Counted from the stretch's first letter, positions 16,514 through 35,461 are shown. The stretch is DNA of 64,000 nucleotides from the human T2T-CHM13v2.0 reference genome, Homo sapiens (GCF_009914755.1 NC_060940.1), one strand, 5' to 3'. Numbers and translations: made by a program. Notes: generated by a model not told the origin, from the letters alone.

Positions 16514-18018
16514 ATAAGGAGAGAACCACTCGGGTCAGACAAGAAAGAATGTCAGGGGGATGACTGGCCTGCTAGGCAGAGGAGCTGGGCCTGGACTGCT
16601 TCACACTGACACGCTTGTAGGATCAAGGGCTGAAAGTAGGAGGCTCTGGGCCTTGGACTTGGAAGAAAGACTTGGATTTGAATTCCCAACTTTGGAACCT
16701 CCCACTGGAGGGTGGAACCCCTCACAGGAGGGCGCAACCCCCCACCGGAGGATGGAACCCTGCAGGAATAGCATCACCCTTGGGTGGCAGTTTGGAAAAT
16801 GCTACCTGTCTGTCACGGTGCTTTTAGCTGAAAGTTACAGAAAAGCTCACTAAACGCAGCTTTAACACAGGGATTTAATGTCTCACAAATGAAGGGTCAG
16901 AGGTGGAGCTTCCAGGTTGGCTTGTTAGCACAACAGTGACATCAAAGACTTTGCGTGTCTCTTCTTGACCACTCTCAGTGTCCACAGCCCCCGATGAGTG
17001 TACAGCCCCCCACACGCAGGCAGGACTGCATCTACTGCAAAGGCATTGCTCCTTGCTTCATATTAGCAAGGAAACCTTTCCCAGGAAGGCTTCGCCTGCC
17101 CAGCCTCTGCAGGACTCATTCAATGGTGCAAATTCACCAGGGGCTGGAGGGAGCTGTGAAGCATGGGAGTGGGCAGGACCTCTGCCAGTAACGGAAGTGG
17201 GGGAAGGAGGACCGCCTGTTGGAAGGGCCCCAGCAGTGTCTGTCACACCAGAGGGTGGGGGAGGAAGGTGGACATGAAGGGAAAACAGCAGAGCAAGAGT
17301 GAGAACAGAGTTTCAGCAGATAAAATGAAGTGTGCACGCTCTCCATGCAGTGACGGGCTGAGCGACAGTGAGGAGCAGGCTGCTGACTCCCTTGCCACAC
17401 CGTGAAGGAGTCCCAAAGGTGGGACACTGAGTGAGACAAGCCAGAGGAAAGACCACTCATGTTGCAGTTCCCTTTCCATGGAATGTCCAGAAAAGGCACA
17501 TTTACAGAGAGAAGCAGATGAGTGGTTGCTGGGCAGAAATGGGAGCCGGCCACAGCTGAGCACAAGAGGACTTTGGAGGGTGATGGAAATGGTTTTCGAC
17601 CTGAATCTGAACATGGGAAGCACTGCAGTTTAGTAGTCCTGGTCCCTAAGCCCTTCCAGCCCAGGAGCCAGACCTGTGAGCAAACAAGCCTTTAGTGATT
17701 CCAGGCTCTGGCTGGAACCTTGAGTCTTCTCAGCTTGGGGCATGCACCTCAGGGGGAGCCAGCATCAGTGTCCAGCCCCAAGAGCTTCCCTGTACGTCTC
17801 AGTGAGTCTTCACATGCCTCCAACTGCCTGGACAACCACACGTGATACCTGTCCTGCCAAACGTGTCCTGAACCCATAAAATCCAGAGAAAAGAAAATCG
17901 TTTTAAACTGCTGAGGTTTGGGGTAAGTTACTATGAAGCAGTAGTGAGAAGAACAGAAGGGCCATGATGGGGAGAAAGTTTGGCCATAAGTTAATCATTG
18001 TGGCAGCTGTTAGGATAT

Positions 18019-18368
18019 TGATGTGGCTTGGCTGTGTCCTCACCCAAATCTCATTTTGAATTCCCACATGTGGGAGGAACTGGGTGGGAGGTGATTGAAT
18101 TATGGGGGCAGGTCTTTCCTGTGCTGTTTTCGTGATAGTGAATGAGTGTCACGAGATCCGATGGTTTTAAAAACGGGAGTTTCCTGCATAAGCTCTCTCT
18201 CTGCCTGCTGCCATCCATGTAAGATGTGACTCGCTCCTCCCTACCTTCCGCCGTGATTGTGAGGCGTCCCCAGCCATGTGGAACTGTAAGTCCATTAAAC
18301 CTTTTTCCTGTGTAAATTATTCAGTCTCTGGTATGTCTTTATTAGCAGCATGAAAACGGACTAATACA
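18019..18368 (+). mobile_element. THE1-family MaLR solo LTR (THE1B-like)
   Basis: Starts tgatgtggcttggctgtgtcc..., ends ...ggactaataca; about 350 bp. Confidence 0.8.
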
Positions 18369-18569
18369 GATAGATGTATTATACTGTTACCCCTACTACT
18401 TCTGTATATGCTTAAATTTTTGCATTACAAAATTCACAAACATACAAACATTATAGAGAACTAACATCACAGATTTACAGTCACCTTATTCCACAATGTT
18501 GGAAATTCTACCACAAATAAAGAACTTGAAAAAAAAGGAGGGGATGTTAGAAGGAAATCTGAGCGACCT

Positions 18570-18712
18570 AGACCTGGGCTCAGTCACGCCTGAGACAGTC
18601 AGATGGGGTATCTGAGGATGAGTCAGTGTTAATTTTCTCAGACCTGGGCTCCGTCACTCCTGAGACAGTCAGATTGGGTATTTGAGGATGAGTCCGTGTT
18701 AATTTTCTTAGA
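18570..18712. repeat. 70-bp tandem duplication
   Basis: agacctgggctc(a/c)gtcac..ctgagacagtcagat..gtgttaattttct occurs twice. Confidence 0.85.
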
Positions 18713-18822
18713 TGTGGGAATGCTATTATAGTTACGCTAAAACACAATCCCTATCTAATAAATACACTGCAACATTTATGGGTAAAATCATATGTCTGAA
18801 ATTCCTTAAAGATACTCAGAAT

Positions 18823-20925
<2,103 letters not shown>

Positions 20926-21154
20926 ATTTATGCTTCCTAGCAAGGAAAGACAGTACACATATTGAAGAATTTGACTGCGTTAAAATGTTAAACCTCTCCC
21001 CAAACTCTTATAAACAATTGTAGAACAAATGATAAGCTCAAAAAAATATTTACATCTATGAGAGGCCAAAGAATATCAGTTGACTCTGGATCAGGGGCTC
21101 GGACACGTTGCTGTGGAGGCACACATCTTCCTGGAAGGCGGTTTGGTAACAAGG

Positions 21155-21783
21155 TGGCAGGACTCTTAAGACAGCCCACACGATCCCTGCCCCTGGGAAA
21201 CAGCCATGTGTAACCCTCCCCTCGAGTGTGGGTGGAATGAGGAAGAGGGAGGTGTGTCTCTCCTGCGATTAGCTCACTCATCCATTGAGTTTGACGTCAT
21301 CAAAATGCGAGATGATCCTGGATGGGCCCGACCTGATCAGGGAAGCCAGACAGTAAAAGTGTCAGAGGCTCTTTAGGGCCCGACCTGATCAGGGAAGCCA
21401 GACAGTAAAAGTGTCAGAGGCTCTTTAGGGCCCGACCTGATCAGGGAAGCCAGACAGTAAAAGTGTCAGAGGCTCTTTTGGGCCCGACCTGATCAGGGAA
21501 GCCAGACAGTAAAAGTGTCAGAGGCTTTTTAGGGCAGCGAGAAAACGGGAACTTCATTCCTTGAACCGGGAATAAATTCTGCCTCCAACCGGAATGGGCT
21601 TAGAAGAGGGTCCTCCAGCTCCTCATGAGAATGCAGTGCAGCCGGCCCCTGGAATTCAGCCTGCGTCCCAGCCACGCTGCACCTGCACCCCTGACGACGA
21701 ATGCAGTAAGATGATAAGTGGATGTGCTGGTTTCAGCCCTGAAGTTGGTGGTGATTTGTTGTGCAGCAATAGAAGTACACACA
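21155..21783 (+). mobile_element. MLT1-family MaLR LTR
   Basis: Typical 3' end ...gtgatttgttgtgcagcaatagaa..aca. Confidence 0.6.
21324..21535. repeat. 52-bp tandem repeat, 4 copies, inside the MLT1
   Basis: gggcccgacctgatcagggaagccagacagtaaaagtgtcagaggctcttta starts at 21324, 21376, 21428 and 21480. Confidence 0.95.
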
Positions 21784-21819
21784 ATATGTACCAAGAACCT
21801 TGAGAAGAGTCACATTTAT

Positions 21820-23180
<1,361 letters not shown>

Positions 23181-23346
23181 ATGGAAGAAAATGGCCGGCA
23201 CAGTGGTTCATGGCTGCTGTAATCCCAGCGCTTTGGGAGGGTGAAGTGGGAGAATAACTTGAGCCTGAGAGTTCGAGACCAGCCTGGGCAACATGGCAAA
23301 ACCGTGTCTCTACAAAAAATTTCAAAATTAGGTGGGTGTGGTGGTG

Positions 23347-24340
23347 TGTAGGGTCCAGCCCCACAGGGTCGGTGGGTTTTCTCCCCATGTGCGGAGATGA
23401 GAGAGCGTAGAAATAAAGACACAAGGCAAAGAGATAAAAGACAGCTGGGCCCGGGGGACCACTACCACCAAGCCGTGGAGACCGGTAGTGGCCCCAAATG
23501 CCAGGCTGCACTGATATTTATTGGATACAAGACAAAGGGGCAGGGTTAGGAGTGTGAGCCATCTCCAATGATAGGTGAGGTCATGTGGGTCATGTGTCCA
23601 CTGGACAGGGGACCCTTCCCTGCCTGGCAGCCAAGGCAGAGAGAGAGGAGACAGAGAGACAGCTTACGCCGTTATTTCAGCATATCAGAGACTTTTAGTA
23701 CTTTCACTAATTTGCTACTGCTATCTAAAAGGCAGAGCCAGGTGTACAGGATGGAACATGAAGGTGGACTAGGAGCGTGACCACTGAAGCACAGCATCAC
23801 AGGGAGACGATTAGGCCTCTGGATAACTGCGGGCAAGCCTGACTGATGTCAGGCCCTCCACAAGAGGTGGAGGAGCAGAGTTTTCTCTAAACTCCCCTGG
23901 GGAAAGGGAGACTCCCTTTCCTGGTCTGCTAAGTAGTGGGTGTTTTTCCTTGACACTGACGCTACTGCTAGACCATGGTCTGCTTGGCAACGGGCGTCCT
24001 ACCAGACGCTGGCGTTACCGCTAGACCAAGGAGCCCTCTGGTGGCCCTGTCTGGGCATAACAAAAGGCTCACACTCTTGTCTTCTGGTCACTTCTCACCA
24101 TGTCCCCCCAGCTCCTGTCTCTGTATGACCTGGTTTTTCCTAGGTTATGATTGTAGAGCGAGGATTATTATAATATTGGAATAAAGAGTAATTGCTACAA
24201 ATTAATTAATGATATTCATATATAATCATGTCTGTGATCTAGATCTAGTATAACTATTCTTATTTTATATATTTTATTACACTGGAACAGCTCGTGCCCT
24301 CGGTCTCTTGCCTCGGCACCTGGGTGACTTGCCGCCCACA
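23347..24340 (-). mobile_element. Solo LTR13 (ERVK-class LTR), 994 bp, inserted into an AluJ
   Basis: Minus strand begins TGTGGGCGGCAAGTCACCCAGGTGCCGAGGCAAGAGACC and ends in CA; 6-bp TSD GTGGTG at 23341-23346 and 24341-24346; the Alu halves continue on both sides. Confidence 0.88.
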
Positions 24341-24843
24341 GTGGTGCGTGCTGGTGGTCCCAGCTACTTGGAAGGCTGAAGTGGGAGGATCATTTGAGCC
24401 CAGGAAGTTGAGGCTTCAGTGAGCCATGATCATGCCACAGCATTTCAGCCTGGGCCACAGACCTTCAAGATCCTGTCTCAAAAAGAAAAAGGGATATCTC
24501 TCAGTGCTTAGTGCAGCTGTGGGTCATTCGGCAGCTGACACAGATGAGGCTATGTAACGCAGCACTGCAGGCAGAGGGGGAGGCCAAGGCCTGAATACCC
24601 CGTCTGACTAGCCTTAGGCAGGCGACTTGGCCTCTCTGCCTCCCCCATCTGGTTAGCCTTGGGCAGTCGAGTTGGCCTCTGTGTCTCCCCTGTTTGACTA
24701 GCCTTGGGCAGATGGCTTGGCTTGTCTGTACCTCAGTTTTGTCTGAAATATGGGTTGTCAGAGACCTATAGCAGAAGCTGCTGTGTGTCATTATTCACTG
24801 TTCTAGGGCTCAGAACAGGCACGCGATAAAAGCCAGCACCGTT

Positions 24844-25140
<297 letters not shown>

Positions 25141-25351
25141 GATTAATAATAAACCAGCACTGCCATTGCCAGCAGTCCATCCTACCTCGCATCCAGGTTC
25201 GTGAGCTACCAAGTGTCCCCACAAAGCTGTAAAACAACATGACCACTGTAGTTACGTTTCTGTAAAAAGGTGACTGAGTCTTCTAACCCTGTACCACACA
25301 TATGTGTGCAGAGAGAGCCAGCTCCATCCTGCTCTCCCAGAAGCCTGAACA

Positions 25352-25540
25352 GCTGTGCCCTAGCTCGTAGCAGTGGCACTCCAGGAAGGGGGCGGGCGGC
25401 TGTGCCCGAGCTCGTAGCAGTGGCACTCCAGGAAGGGGGCGGGCGGCTGTGTCTGAGCTCGTAGCAGTGGCACTCCACGAAGGGGGTGGGCGGCTGTGCC
25501 CGAGCTTGTAGCAGTGGCACTCCAGGAAGGGGCGGCCGGC
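25352..25540. repeat. 47-bp minisatellite, 4 copies, in SPATA33 intron 2
   Basis: Unit gctgtgcccgagctcgtagcagtggcactccaggaagggggcgggcg. Confidence 0.92.
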
Positions 25541-26100
25541 CAGCCAGGAGAGCAGCCGGTGAAGGAGCACTTTTGCTTTGTACGTGGCAACGCTCGGCAG
25601 GCTCAGCAGTTTCACAGGTCTCAGGCGTTCCTTGTAACCTTAACAGGTTTAAGAAAATGTGAGCAACATCAGACATGTCCATTTCTAGAACATTCTAATG
25701 GATGAAGTTCTGTACAGAGGGCTTTAGCAGAATTAGAGACCTTTGGAGTGGAAATGATGTCTCTGAACCTTGAGCTCTGAGGCGGTTCCTGCCTGGACGT
25801 GTGCCCTCCCTCCTTCCTTTGCTGGTCGCCCTGACACCATCCTGCCACGGATAGTGGAAGTGTTTCTCCTGTTTTCTTCCCTGAAAAAGGGTGTCCAGCA
25901 TCAGCAACCTTCATGGCTGAGTTGCACATCCCTTAAGCCCTGTAATGTTCATGGACAGTTTTGATCACTTTTGGACTCACCCATTTTTTCTGCTAACCAT
26001 ACATCTTAATTCCTTTACTCTGACCAATGGCAGGAGGTGTGTGCATCGTGGAAGGAGCTTTCCACACATCTACTAAATGCCTGGATGTTTTTTCCTCTAG

Positions 26101-26312
26101 AGAAACCTGATGTAAAGCAAAAGTCCAGCAGGAAGAAAGTGGTCGTTCCACAGATCATCATCACGCGAGCGTCGAATGAGACGCTAGTCAGTTGCAGTTC
26201 CAGCGGGAGTGACCAGCAGAGAACCATTCGGGAGCCGGAGGACTGGGGCCCCTACCGGCGGCACAGGAACCCCAGTACAGCAGACGCCTATAATTCACAT
26301 CTCAAAGAATAA
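26101..26312 (+). CDS. SPATA33: SPATA33 exon 3 coding part (EKPDVKQK...PQIIIT...NSHLKE*), containing the PxIxIT calcineurin-docking motif at 26148-26165
   Basis: tttttcctctag acceptor; TAA stop at 26310-26312. Confidence 0.94.
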
Positions 26313-26372
26313 ACAAGCACCTTTGCATGGCACTCGCTACTCCCTGCGATAGGCGTCTCGGGAACAGCCGCC

Positions 26373-27152
26373 TCACCCTGTGAGAAGCCGAGGCCCCTTC
26401 TCCAGTGCTCTCGGGGAGGTTGCACCAGGCCCACCCCACCCTGTGAGAAACTGCAGCCCCCTTCTCCAGTGCTTTCGGGGAGGGTGCACCAGGCCCGCCC
26501 CACCTTGTGAGAAGCCGTGGCCCCCTTCTCCAGTGCTCTCAGGGAGGGTGCACCAGGCCTGCCCCCGCCGTGAGAAACTGCAGTCCCCTTCTCCAGTGCT
26601 CTCGGGGAGGGTGCACCAGGCCCACCCCACCCTGTGAGAACCTGCAGCCCCCTTCTCCAATGCTCTCGGGGAGGGTACACCAGGGTTGCCCCACCCTGTG
26701 AGAAGCCGCCGCCCCCTTCTCCAGTGCTCTCGGGGAGGGTGCACCAGGGCTGCCCCACCCTGTAAGAAGCCGCCGCCCCCTTCTCCAGTGCTCTCCAGCC
26801 CGCCCCACCCTGTGAGAAGCCATGGCCCCTTCTCCAGTGCTTTTGGGGAGGGTGCACCAGGGCCACCCCACCCTGTGAGAAGCCGTGGCCCCCTTCTCCA
26901 GTGCTTTCGGGGAGGGTACACCAGGCCCGCCCCACCCTGTGAGAAGCCGTGGCCCCCTTCTCCCGTGCTCTCAGGGAGGGTGCACCAGGCCTGCCCCCGC
27001 CTTGAGAAACTGCAGCCCCCTTCTCCAGTGCTCTGGGGGAGGGTGCACCAGGCCTGCCCACCCTGTGAGAAACTGCACCCCCTTCTCCAGTGCTCTCGGG
27101 GAGGGTGCACCAGGCCCGCCCCACCCTGTGAGAAGCCGCAGCCCGTTCTCCA
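26373..27152. repeat. ~64-bp GC-rich minisatellite, ~12 copies, just downstream of the SPATA33 stop
   Basis: Unit ccctgtgagaagccgtggcccccttctccagtgctctcggggagggtgcaccaggcccgcccca. Confidence 0.95.
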
Positions 27153-27247
27153 TTGCCATTTGGTCCTGCCTTCCCCAGAGCTGCTAGCAGCTCGGTCGAG
27201 GCAAGAGTGACTGGCTCAGAGAGCGAGCTTTGTGGTATTGATAAATG

Positions 27248-27253
27248 AATAAA
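27248..27253 (+). terminator. Candidate distal SPATA33 poly(A) signal AATAAA
   Basis: First canonical hexamer after the minisatellite. Confidence 0.5.
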
Positions 27254-28038
27254 TTAGTATGTTCATGTTGGAAGTGGCTGGCTCTGCAGAGTGATGGACA
27301 GCAGGTGGCATCTTACATTGTGATTTGTGGTGCACAGTTAAAACACTTCCCTTCGTTTCAGAAGGAGACAATGTGAATACTTGGAAATTATAGTGAATAA
27401 GATGCCTCCCAAACTTGAGGAAAAGGTCAGATTCTAAGAGCTAAACGTTAAGATGTAATGTTCCAGAACAAAGAGGCCCAGAGTCACTGAACGGGGCCCC
27501 AGGGCTCCTAGCTTGAGTGTAATCTGAGTCAGCTTATGAAAAGGCCCCAAAGAAGAAAGTGGAATGTGTGCTGGGCACATGGGACAGCCATGGCACTGAG
27601 ACTTTGGAAGTGGCCTTGCCAGCGCTGTCCTGTCTTTCTGGCCCACAGATGAGGGCTCCTGATTGTGGAAGGCCACGGAAGGGACCTGAACACGATGGCA
27701 CGAGACAAGTTATCTCCTGTGACTGCTCCTCTCCAGCAACCCTCAGCTCAGGCTAGACTTTCCCCCTGTGTTGAGAATGCCCTGCCCTGTGTGGAAGCCT
27801 GATGCATTTAGTGACAGTGTGTTAGCTTTGTTAGTTTCTAGTCTGGCCAGCAGGCTTTCCATGTGATCTGCCATTGGCTTGCTTCAGTGGCCAGTGGAGC
27901 CAGGGGTGTCCACCAGAGTCTTGGACACAGACTTCTGAGGTGGCAGCGGGAGGGAGCCTGCTCCCTGCCACACACGTACAATTTCTAATCCATACAGGCC
28001 TATGTAGTATATACACACATACGCAGAGCCTTAGGAAT

Positions 28039-29306
28039 TGTGAAAGGCCAATCAAAACTTGGGGCCCTAATTTCACTCTGCCAAAAGAAAAAAAAAAAAA
28101 GCTGAAAGATGAGTCACCCAAGAAACTGCTTCCTTTTTGTTCCTAAGCAGAGAGCTACCAATAAAAAGTTAAAGTTTCTCCATAGGTAGCTACTCTGTTC
28201 ACCTTCTGTGAAGTGCCAAATTTTTTTTTTATTATTATACTTTAAGTTTTAGGGTACATGTGCACAACGTGCAGGTTTGTTACATATGCATACATACGCC
28301 ATGTTGGTGTGCTGCACCCATTAACTCGTCATTTACATTAGGTATTTCTCCTAATGCTTTCCCTCCCCCCTCCCCCTACCCCACGACAGGCCCCAGTGTG
28401 TGATTTTCCCCTTCCTGTGTCCAAGTGTTCTCATTGTTCAGTTCCCACCTATGAGTGAGAACATGCGGTGTTTGGTTTATTTTACTTGCGATAGTTTGCT
28501 GAGAATGATGGTTTCCAGCTTCACCCATGTCCCTGCAAAGGACATGAACTCATCCTTTTTTATGGCTGCATAGTATTCCATGGTGTATATGTGCCACATT
28601 TGCTTAATCCAGTCTATCACTGATGGGCATTTGGGTTGGTTCTAAGTCTTTGCTATTGTGAATAGTGCCGCATTAAACATACGTGTGCATGTGTCTTTAT
28701 AGCAGCATGATTTATAATCCTTTGGGTATATACCCAGTAATGGGATGGCTGGGTCAAATGGTATTTCTAGTTCTAGATCCCTGAGGAATCGCCACACTGT
28801 CTTCCACAGTGGTTGAACTAGTTTACAGTCCCACCAACAGTGTAAAAGTGTTCCTATTTCTCCCCATCCTCTCCAGCACCTGTTTCCTGACTTTTTAATG
28901 ATCGCCATTCTAACTGGTGTGAGATGGTATCTCATTGTGGTTTTGATTTGCATTTCTCTGATGGCCAGTGATGATGAGCATTTTTTCATGTGTCTGTAGG
29001 CTGCATAAATGTCTTCCTTTGAGAAGTGTCTGTTCATATCCTTCACCCACTCCATCAAAAAGTGGGTGAAGTGCCAATTTACTGAGCACGAGACAAATAC
29101 ATCATTGACTTCTTTTGTCTTGTGGATTCAAGGATGTGTCCACGCCCGCCCTCCTTCCCCTCCAGCTCCTCCCCTTGAAATACTGAAGCCCTCAACATCA
29201 TCTTTGGAGGAAGGTACAGAGTTGGCTCTCACGCGCACATCCTTAACCTTGGCCTAATAAACCTCTAAGGTGGCTGAGACCTGTCTCAGATACTTGTTGG
29301 CTTACA
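28039..29306 (+). mobile_element. MER4-group ERV1 LTR, split by an L1 insertion
   Basis: Starts tgtgaaagg..., ends ...cttaca; AATAAA near 29256; followed by a degenerate PBS-like sequence. Confidence 0.6.
28221..29071 (-). mobile_element. 5'-truncated L1PA (3' UTR plus ORF2 C-terminus) with a short 5' inversion
   Basis: Poly-T followed by attatactttaagttttagggtacatgtgcacaacg; ORF 28642..29058 matches the L1 ORF2p C-terminus (..[18 protein letters not shown]..); TSD gtgaagtgccaa. Confidence 0.95.
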
Positions 29307-30814
29307 AATTGACCACCATGCAGGGACTCAGAGTGGAGGTGGCCCTGCCCTTTGGCAGGTTTCCTCCTGGTGCTTAGGACCAGTTTGGGCCTTCTTTATT
29401 GCTCAGGACAGTAGGACAATTTGCTGAGATCCGGGAGCCCTACCACCCTCCAGAGAATCTCTGATCTCCCGAAACTTGGTTGAGGTCGAAAGTTTATTTT
29501 GCGCACAATGCCTTTTCCTTTTCCGGTGTTTTACTTGCTTCCAACAAAGAAGGCGAGTTTTCCTGCTTCCGTGATGATGGGGAGCAGGAGACTTCCCTGG
29601 AGTTTCAGCTCGGAAACAACTCGAGTTTTTCCTGATTCCACGATGGGGGAGAGCAGTCTAAAGCCTGGGCCCCATTCCTAGGTAAGTGGCTGAATTGGGG
29701 TTCTGTCTTGGAAGTTCTCCTTAATGACTAAAGCTAACATTAACGACTGGCTGGTCTTAACTTCTTACTATTAGCATGCTCAGTAAGTGTATAAATTGTG
29801 GGATTGTTTGTTTTGCTTAACTGCTTTTTGTTTGTTTCTGTGTTTGCTATTTTTGCTGTTTCAGTCTTTTTCCCGTTGGATTTGACGAATTCTGTTAGAC
29901 TTGGTCAAATCTGAAGCAAACTTCCAAGTTGTGGGAAACAAGCCTCTGAATTAGCTGAATTCCCACAGCTGGGAAAAAGGAAAAAAAGCCAGAAAAAGGG
30001 AAAAAAGATTTTGACCACGTGATGGGCTTTATTTGCATAACGAGGCCACGTTTTTCCAGCCAAGCCACACTCGAAGAGTAAGTGCCGTCACCTCACGCTG
30101 CAGTTCGGTAGGTAGAGTCCGCCATTTTTCCACCAGGACAGCCCGGGTTTGGTTCCTACATCCTTTCTGGTTTGAAATTTGTGTTACTTTTGAAATATCA
30201 GCAGTTTGTCCCGGCTGAAATAAGGTAGTGAGATTTAAAGATTTAAAAGGATTTTGTTTTTTTTTGAGACGGAGTCTCGCTCTGTCGCCCAGGCTGGAGT
30301 GCAGTGGCGCGATCCCAGCTCACTGCAACCTCTGCCGCCCAGGTTCAGCCATTCTCCTGCCTCAGCCTCCCAAGTAGCTGGGATTACAGGCACTTGCCAC
30401 CGCACCTGGCTAATTTTTGCATTTTTAGTAGAGACGGGGTTTCACCACCTTGACCAGGCTGGTCATGAACTCCTGATCTTGTGATCCACCCTCCTTGGCC
30501 TCCCAAACTGCTGGGATTACAGGCGTGAGCCACTACGCCCAGCCAAGAGGATTTTTAAAAGGGCTTAATGGTCAAAAGTAAACTTAACTAAAAGCTAATA
30601 TCGGATATATTCCAACATAGTAGCTTAATTAAGTCCGTATGCCACATACACATATACAGACCCCTGTGTAGAAAAGAAGGCACCAGACTCCTTTTTGGGG
30701 AGAAACTTCTGTTTTTCTTATGGAACTCCAAGAGTGGAAACAGACACGTTCCTCTCAGATCTTAAATTGCTTGCTATTGTATTGTGTTACCTGATTTTTT
30801 TTTACTAAAATAGT

Positions 30815-31965
<1,151 letters not shown>

Positions 31966-32159
31966 AGCCTATAATTTTATCTTTGACTTGGCATTCTTTT
32001 TTTTTTTTTTTGAGACAGAGTCTTGCTCTGTTGCCCAGGCCGGAGTGCAGTGGTGCGATCTCGGCTCGCTGCAACCTCCGCCTCCAGGGATCAAGTGTTC
32101 TCCTGCCTCAGCCTCCTGAGTAGCTGGGATTACAGGTGCCCGCCACTACACCTGGCTAA

Positions 32160-32375
<216 letters not shown>

Positions 32376-32744
32376 TAGCCAGGATGGTCTCAATCTCCTG
32401 ACCACATGATCCGCCCACCTCGGCCTCCCAAAGTGCTGGGATTACAGGCGTGAGCCACTGCGCCCAGCCTAATTTTTGTATTTTTAATAGAGACAGGGTT
32501 TCACTATGTTGGTCAGGCTGGTCTTGAACTCCTGACCTCATGATCTGCCTGCCTCGGCCTCCCAAAGTTCTGGGATTACAGGTAACATTCATTTTTAATG
32601 TCCCTCTAACACACCCAGACTCTCCCTCTGTATTTTGAGATGTAAATTTTGCTATCTGATTTTTCACCTAAGAGTTCTTCCTTTGGTATGTCAATTTAGG
32701 GCTATCAAGCTGAAAATTGCCTAAGACAATGAAACAGGTTATCA

Positions 32745-33342
<598 letters not shown>

Positions 33343-34203
33343 TCACTACCAAAAATATATAAAAGAGTTTTAATTAATTGGGTTAAAGGGAAAAAAAGCA
33401 CTTAAATACTGTATCAGAAAAATATAAACTTTTTTTTTTTTTTTTTTTTTTGGAGACAGAATGTTGCTCTATCACCCAGGCTGGAGTGCAGGGACACGAT
33501 CTCGGCTCACTGCAAGCTCCGCCTCCAGTGTTCTCACGCCATTCTCCTGCCTCAGCCTCCCGAGTAGCTGGGACTACAGGAGCCCGCCACCACGCCCGGC
33601 TAATTTTTTGTATTTTTAGTAGAGACGGCGTTTCACCGTGTTAGCCAGGATGGTCTCGATCTCCTGACCTTGTGATCCCCCCGCCTCAGCCTCCCAAAGT
33701 GCTGGGATTACAGGTGTGAGCCACCATGCCTGGCCAGAAAAATAGAAACTTTAAGCCCAAATGCTTTTTCAGGTTCATGTGACTTAAGTAAATCCTTAAA
33801 AAATAAGCTAGTTTTAAAATTATTGGTAAAATAAAATAGAAATGCCTTCAGAATTGTCAACATACATTATTGTTTAGATTTATTGGTAAAGGAGTTCAAT
33901 ATTTATCATTACGAGATACTGTAAGTTGTCAAAATTTGGCATGAGGGTTATAAGGCTTGCAACACAAAAGGGAATTATGTTTGACTAATTTCTTGATAAA
34001 TAAGGCATTTAATATTGTTTAATGGAAAGAGATAAATCCTGAGTTGCTGGCAAAAAAAAAAAGAGGAACATTTATTTAACCATAAGGTTCTTACTTAGGT
34101 AAACACCTAAAATTCACAGGCTATAAAAATGGTTAGGCCAGGTATGGTGGCTCACGTCTGTAATCCCAGCAATTTGGGAGTCTGAGGTGGGCAGATCACC
34201 TCA

Positions 34204-34449
<246 letters not shown>

Positions 34450-35461
34450 TTAACAGAGAAATAACTTTAAATGAAGACTATCACAGTTTTCTTTCCTTTT
34501 TCTTTTTTTTTTTTGAGAAGAGTTCACTCTGTCACCCAAGCTCGAACGCAATGGCGTGATCTTGGCTCACCGCAGTCTCCGCCTCCCAGGTTCAAGCTAT
34601 TCTCCCACCTCAGCCTCCCAAGTAGCTGGGATTATAGGTGCCCACAACCACGCCTGGCTATTTTTTTTTTTTTTTTTTTTTTTGAGACAGAGTCTCGCTC
34701 TGTCTCCCAGGCTGGAGTGCAGTGGTGCTATCTCGGCTCACTGCAAGCTCCGCCTCCCGGGTTCATGCCATTCTCCTGCCTCAGCCTCCTGAGTAGCTGG
34801 GACTACAGGCACCTGCCACCACGCCTGGCTAATTTTTTGTATTTTTAATAGAGATGGGGTTTCACCGTGTTAGCCAGGATGGTCTTGATCTCCTGACCTT
34901 GTGATCCACCCAGTCTGGCTAATTTAAAAAAAATATTTTTATAGTAGGCTGAGGCGTGAGAATGGCATGAATCTGGGAGGCGGAGCTTGCAGTGAGCCGA
35001 GACTGTGCCACTGCACTCCAGCCTGGGCAACAGAGTGAGACACCATCTCAAAAAAAAATTTATTTTAAATAAACAAATAAATAATTACAGATGTAAAGAT
35101 AGTTATAAGGAGATATTTTTAGTATGAAAAGTTAAAAGGAAAATAATTTCATATGAGAAAGAATCTTGTATGGTAAATTTTTGTTCTAAAATGGCTAGTT
35201 ATTTTGGAAAGAGGGATGTTCACAATAAAACAGGAAGTCCAAGTATATCATAAATGGTTTGTGTAAGTTTTGATAAAGTTTGTAAAAAGCTTTTTTTTTT
35301 TTTTTAAGATGGAGTCTCGCTTTGTTGTCTGGGCTGGAGTACAGTGGTGCAATTTTGGCCTATGTCAGATTAACAAGGCTTTCTTGGAGCATTAACCCAC
35401 TCTTTAATTAAAAAAAAAAAGTTATAAAAATGTTTATGGAAATTATCTTTTTTGTTTTTGA

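Noticed and set aside
25352-25540. CTCF-like motif (ccaggaagggggcg) repeated in the 47-bp minisatellite
   Set aside because: It is an imperfect match with altered spacing in the core and cannot be supported without PWM scoring or ChIP data.
26288-27210. 278/245/174-aa ORFs downstream of SPATA33
   Set aside because: They are translations of the 64-bp minisatellite.
28642-29058. 138-aa ORF resembling a reverse-transcriptase-element protein
   Set aside because: It is a C-terminal fragment of L1 ORF2p in a 5'-truncated, non-functional element.
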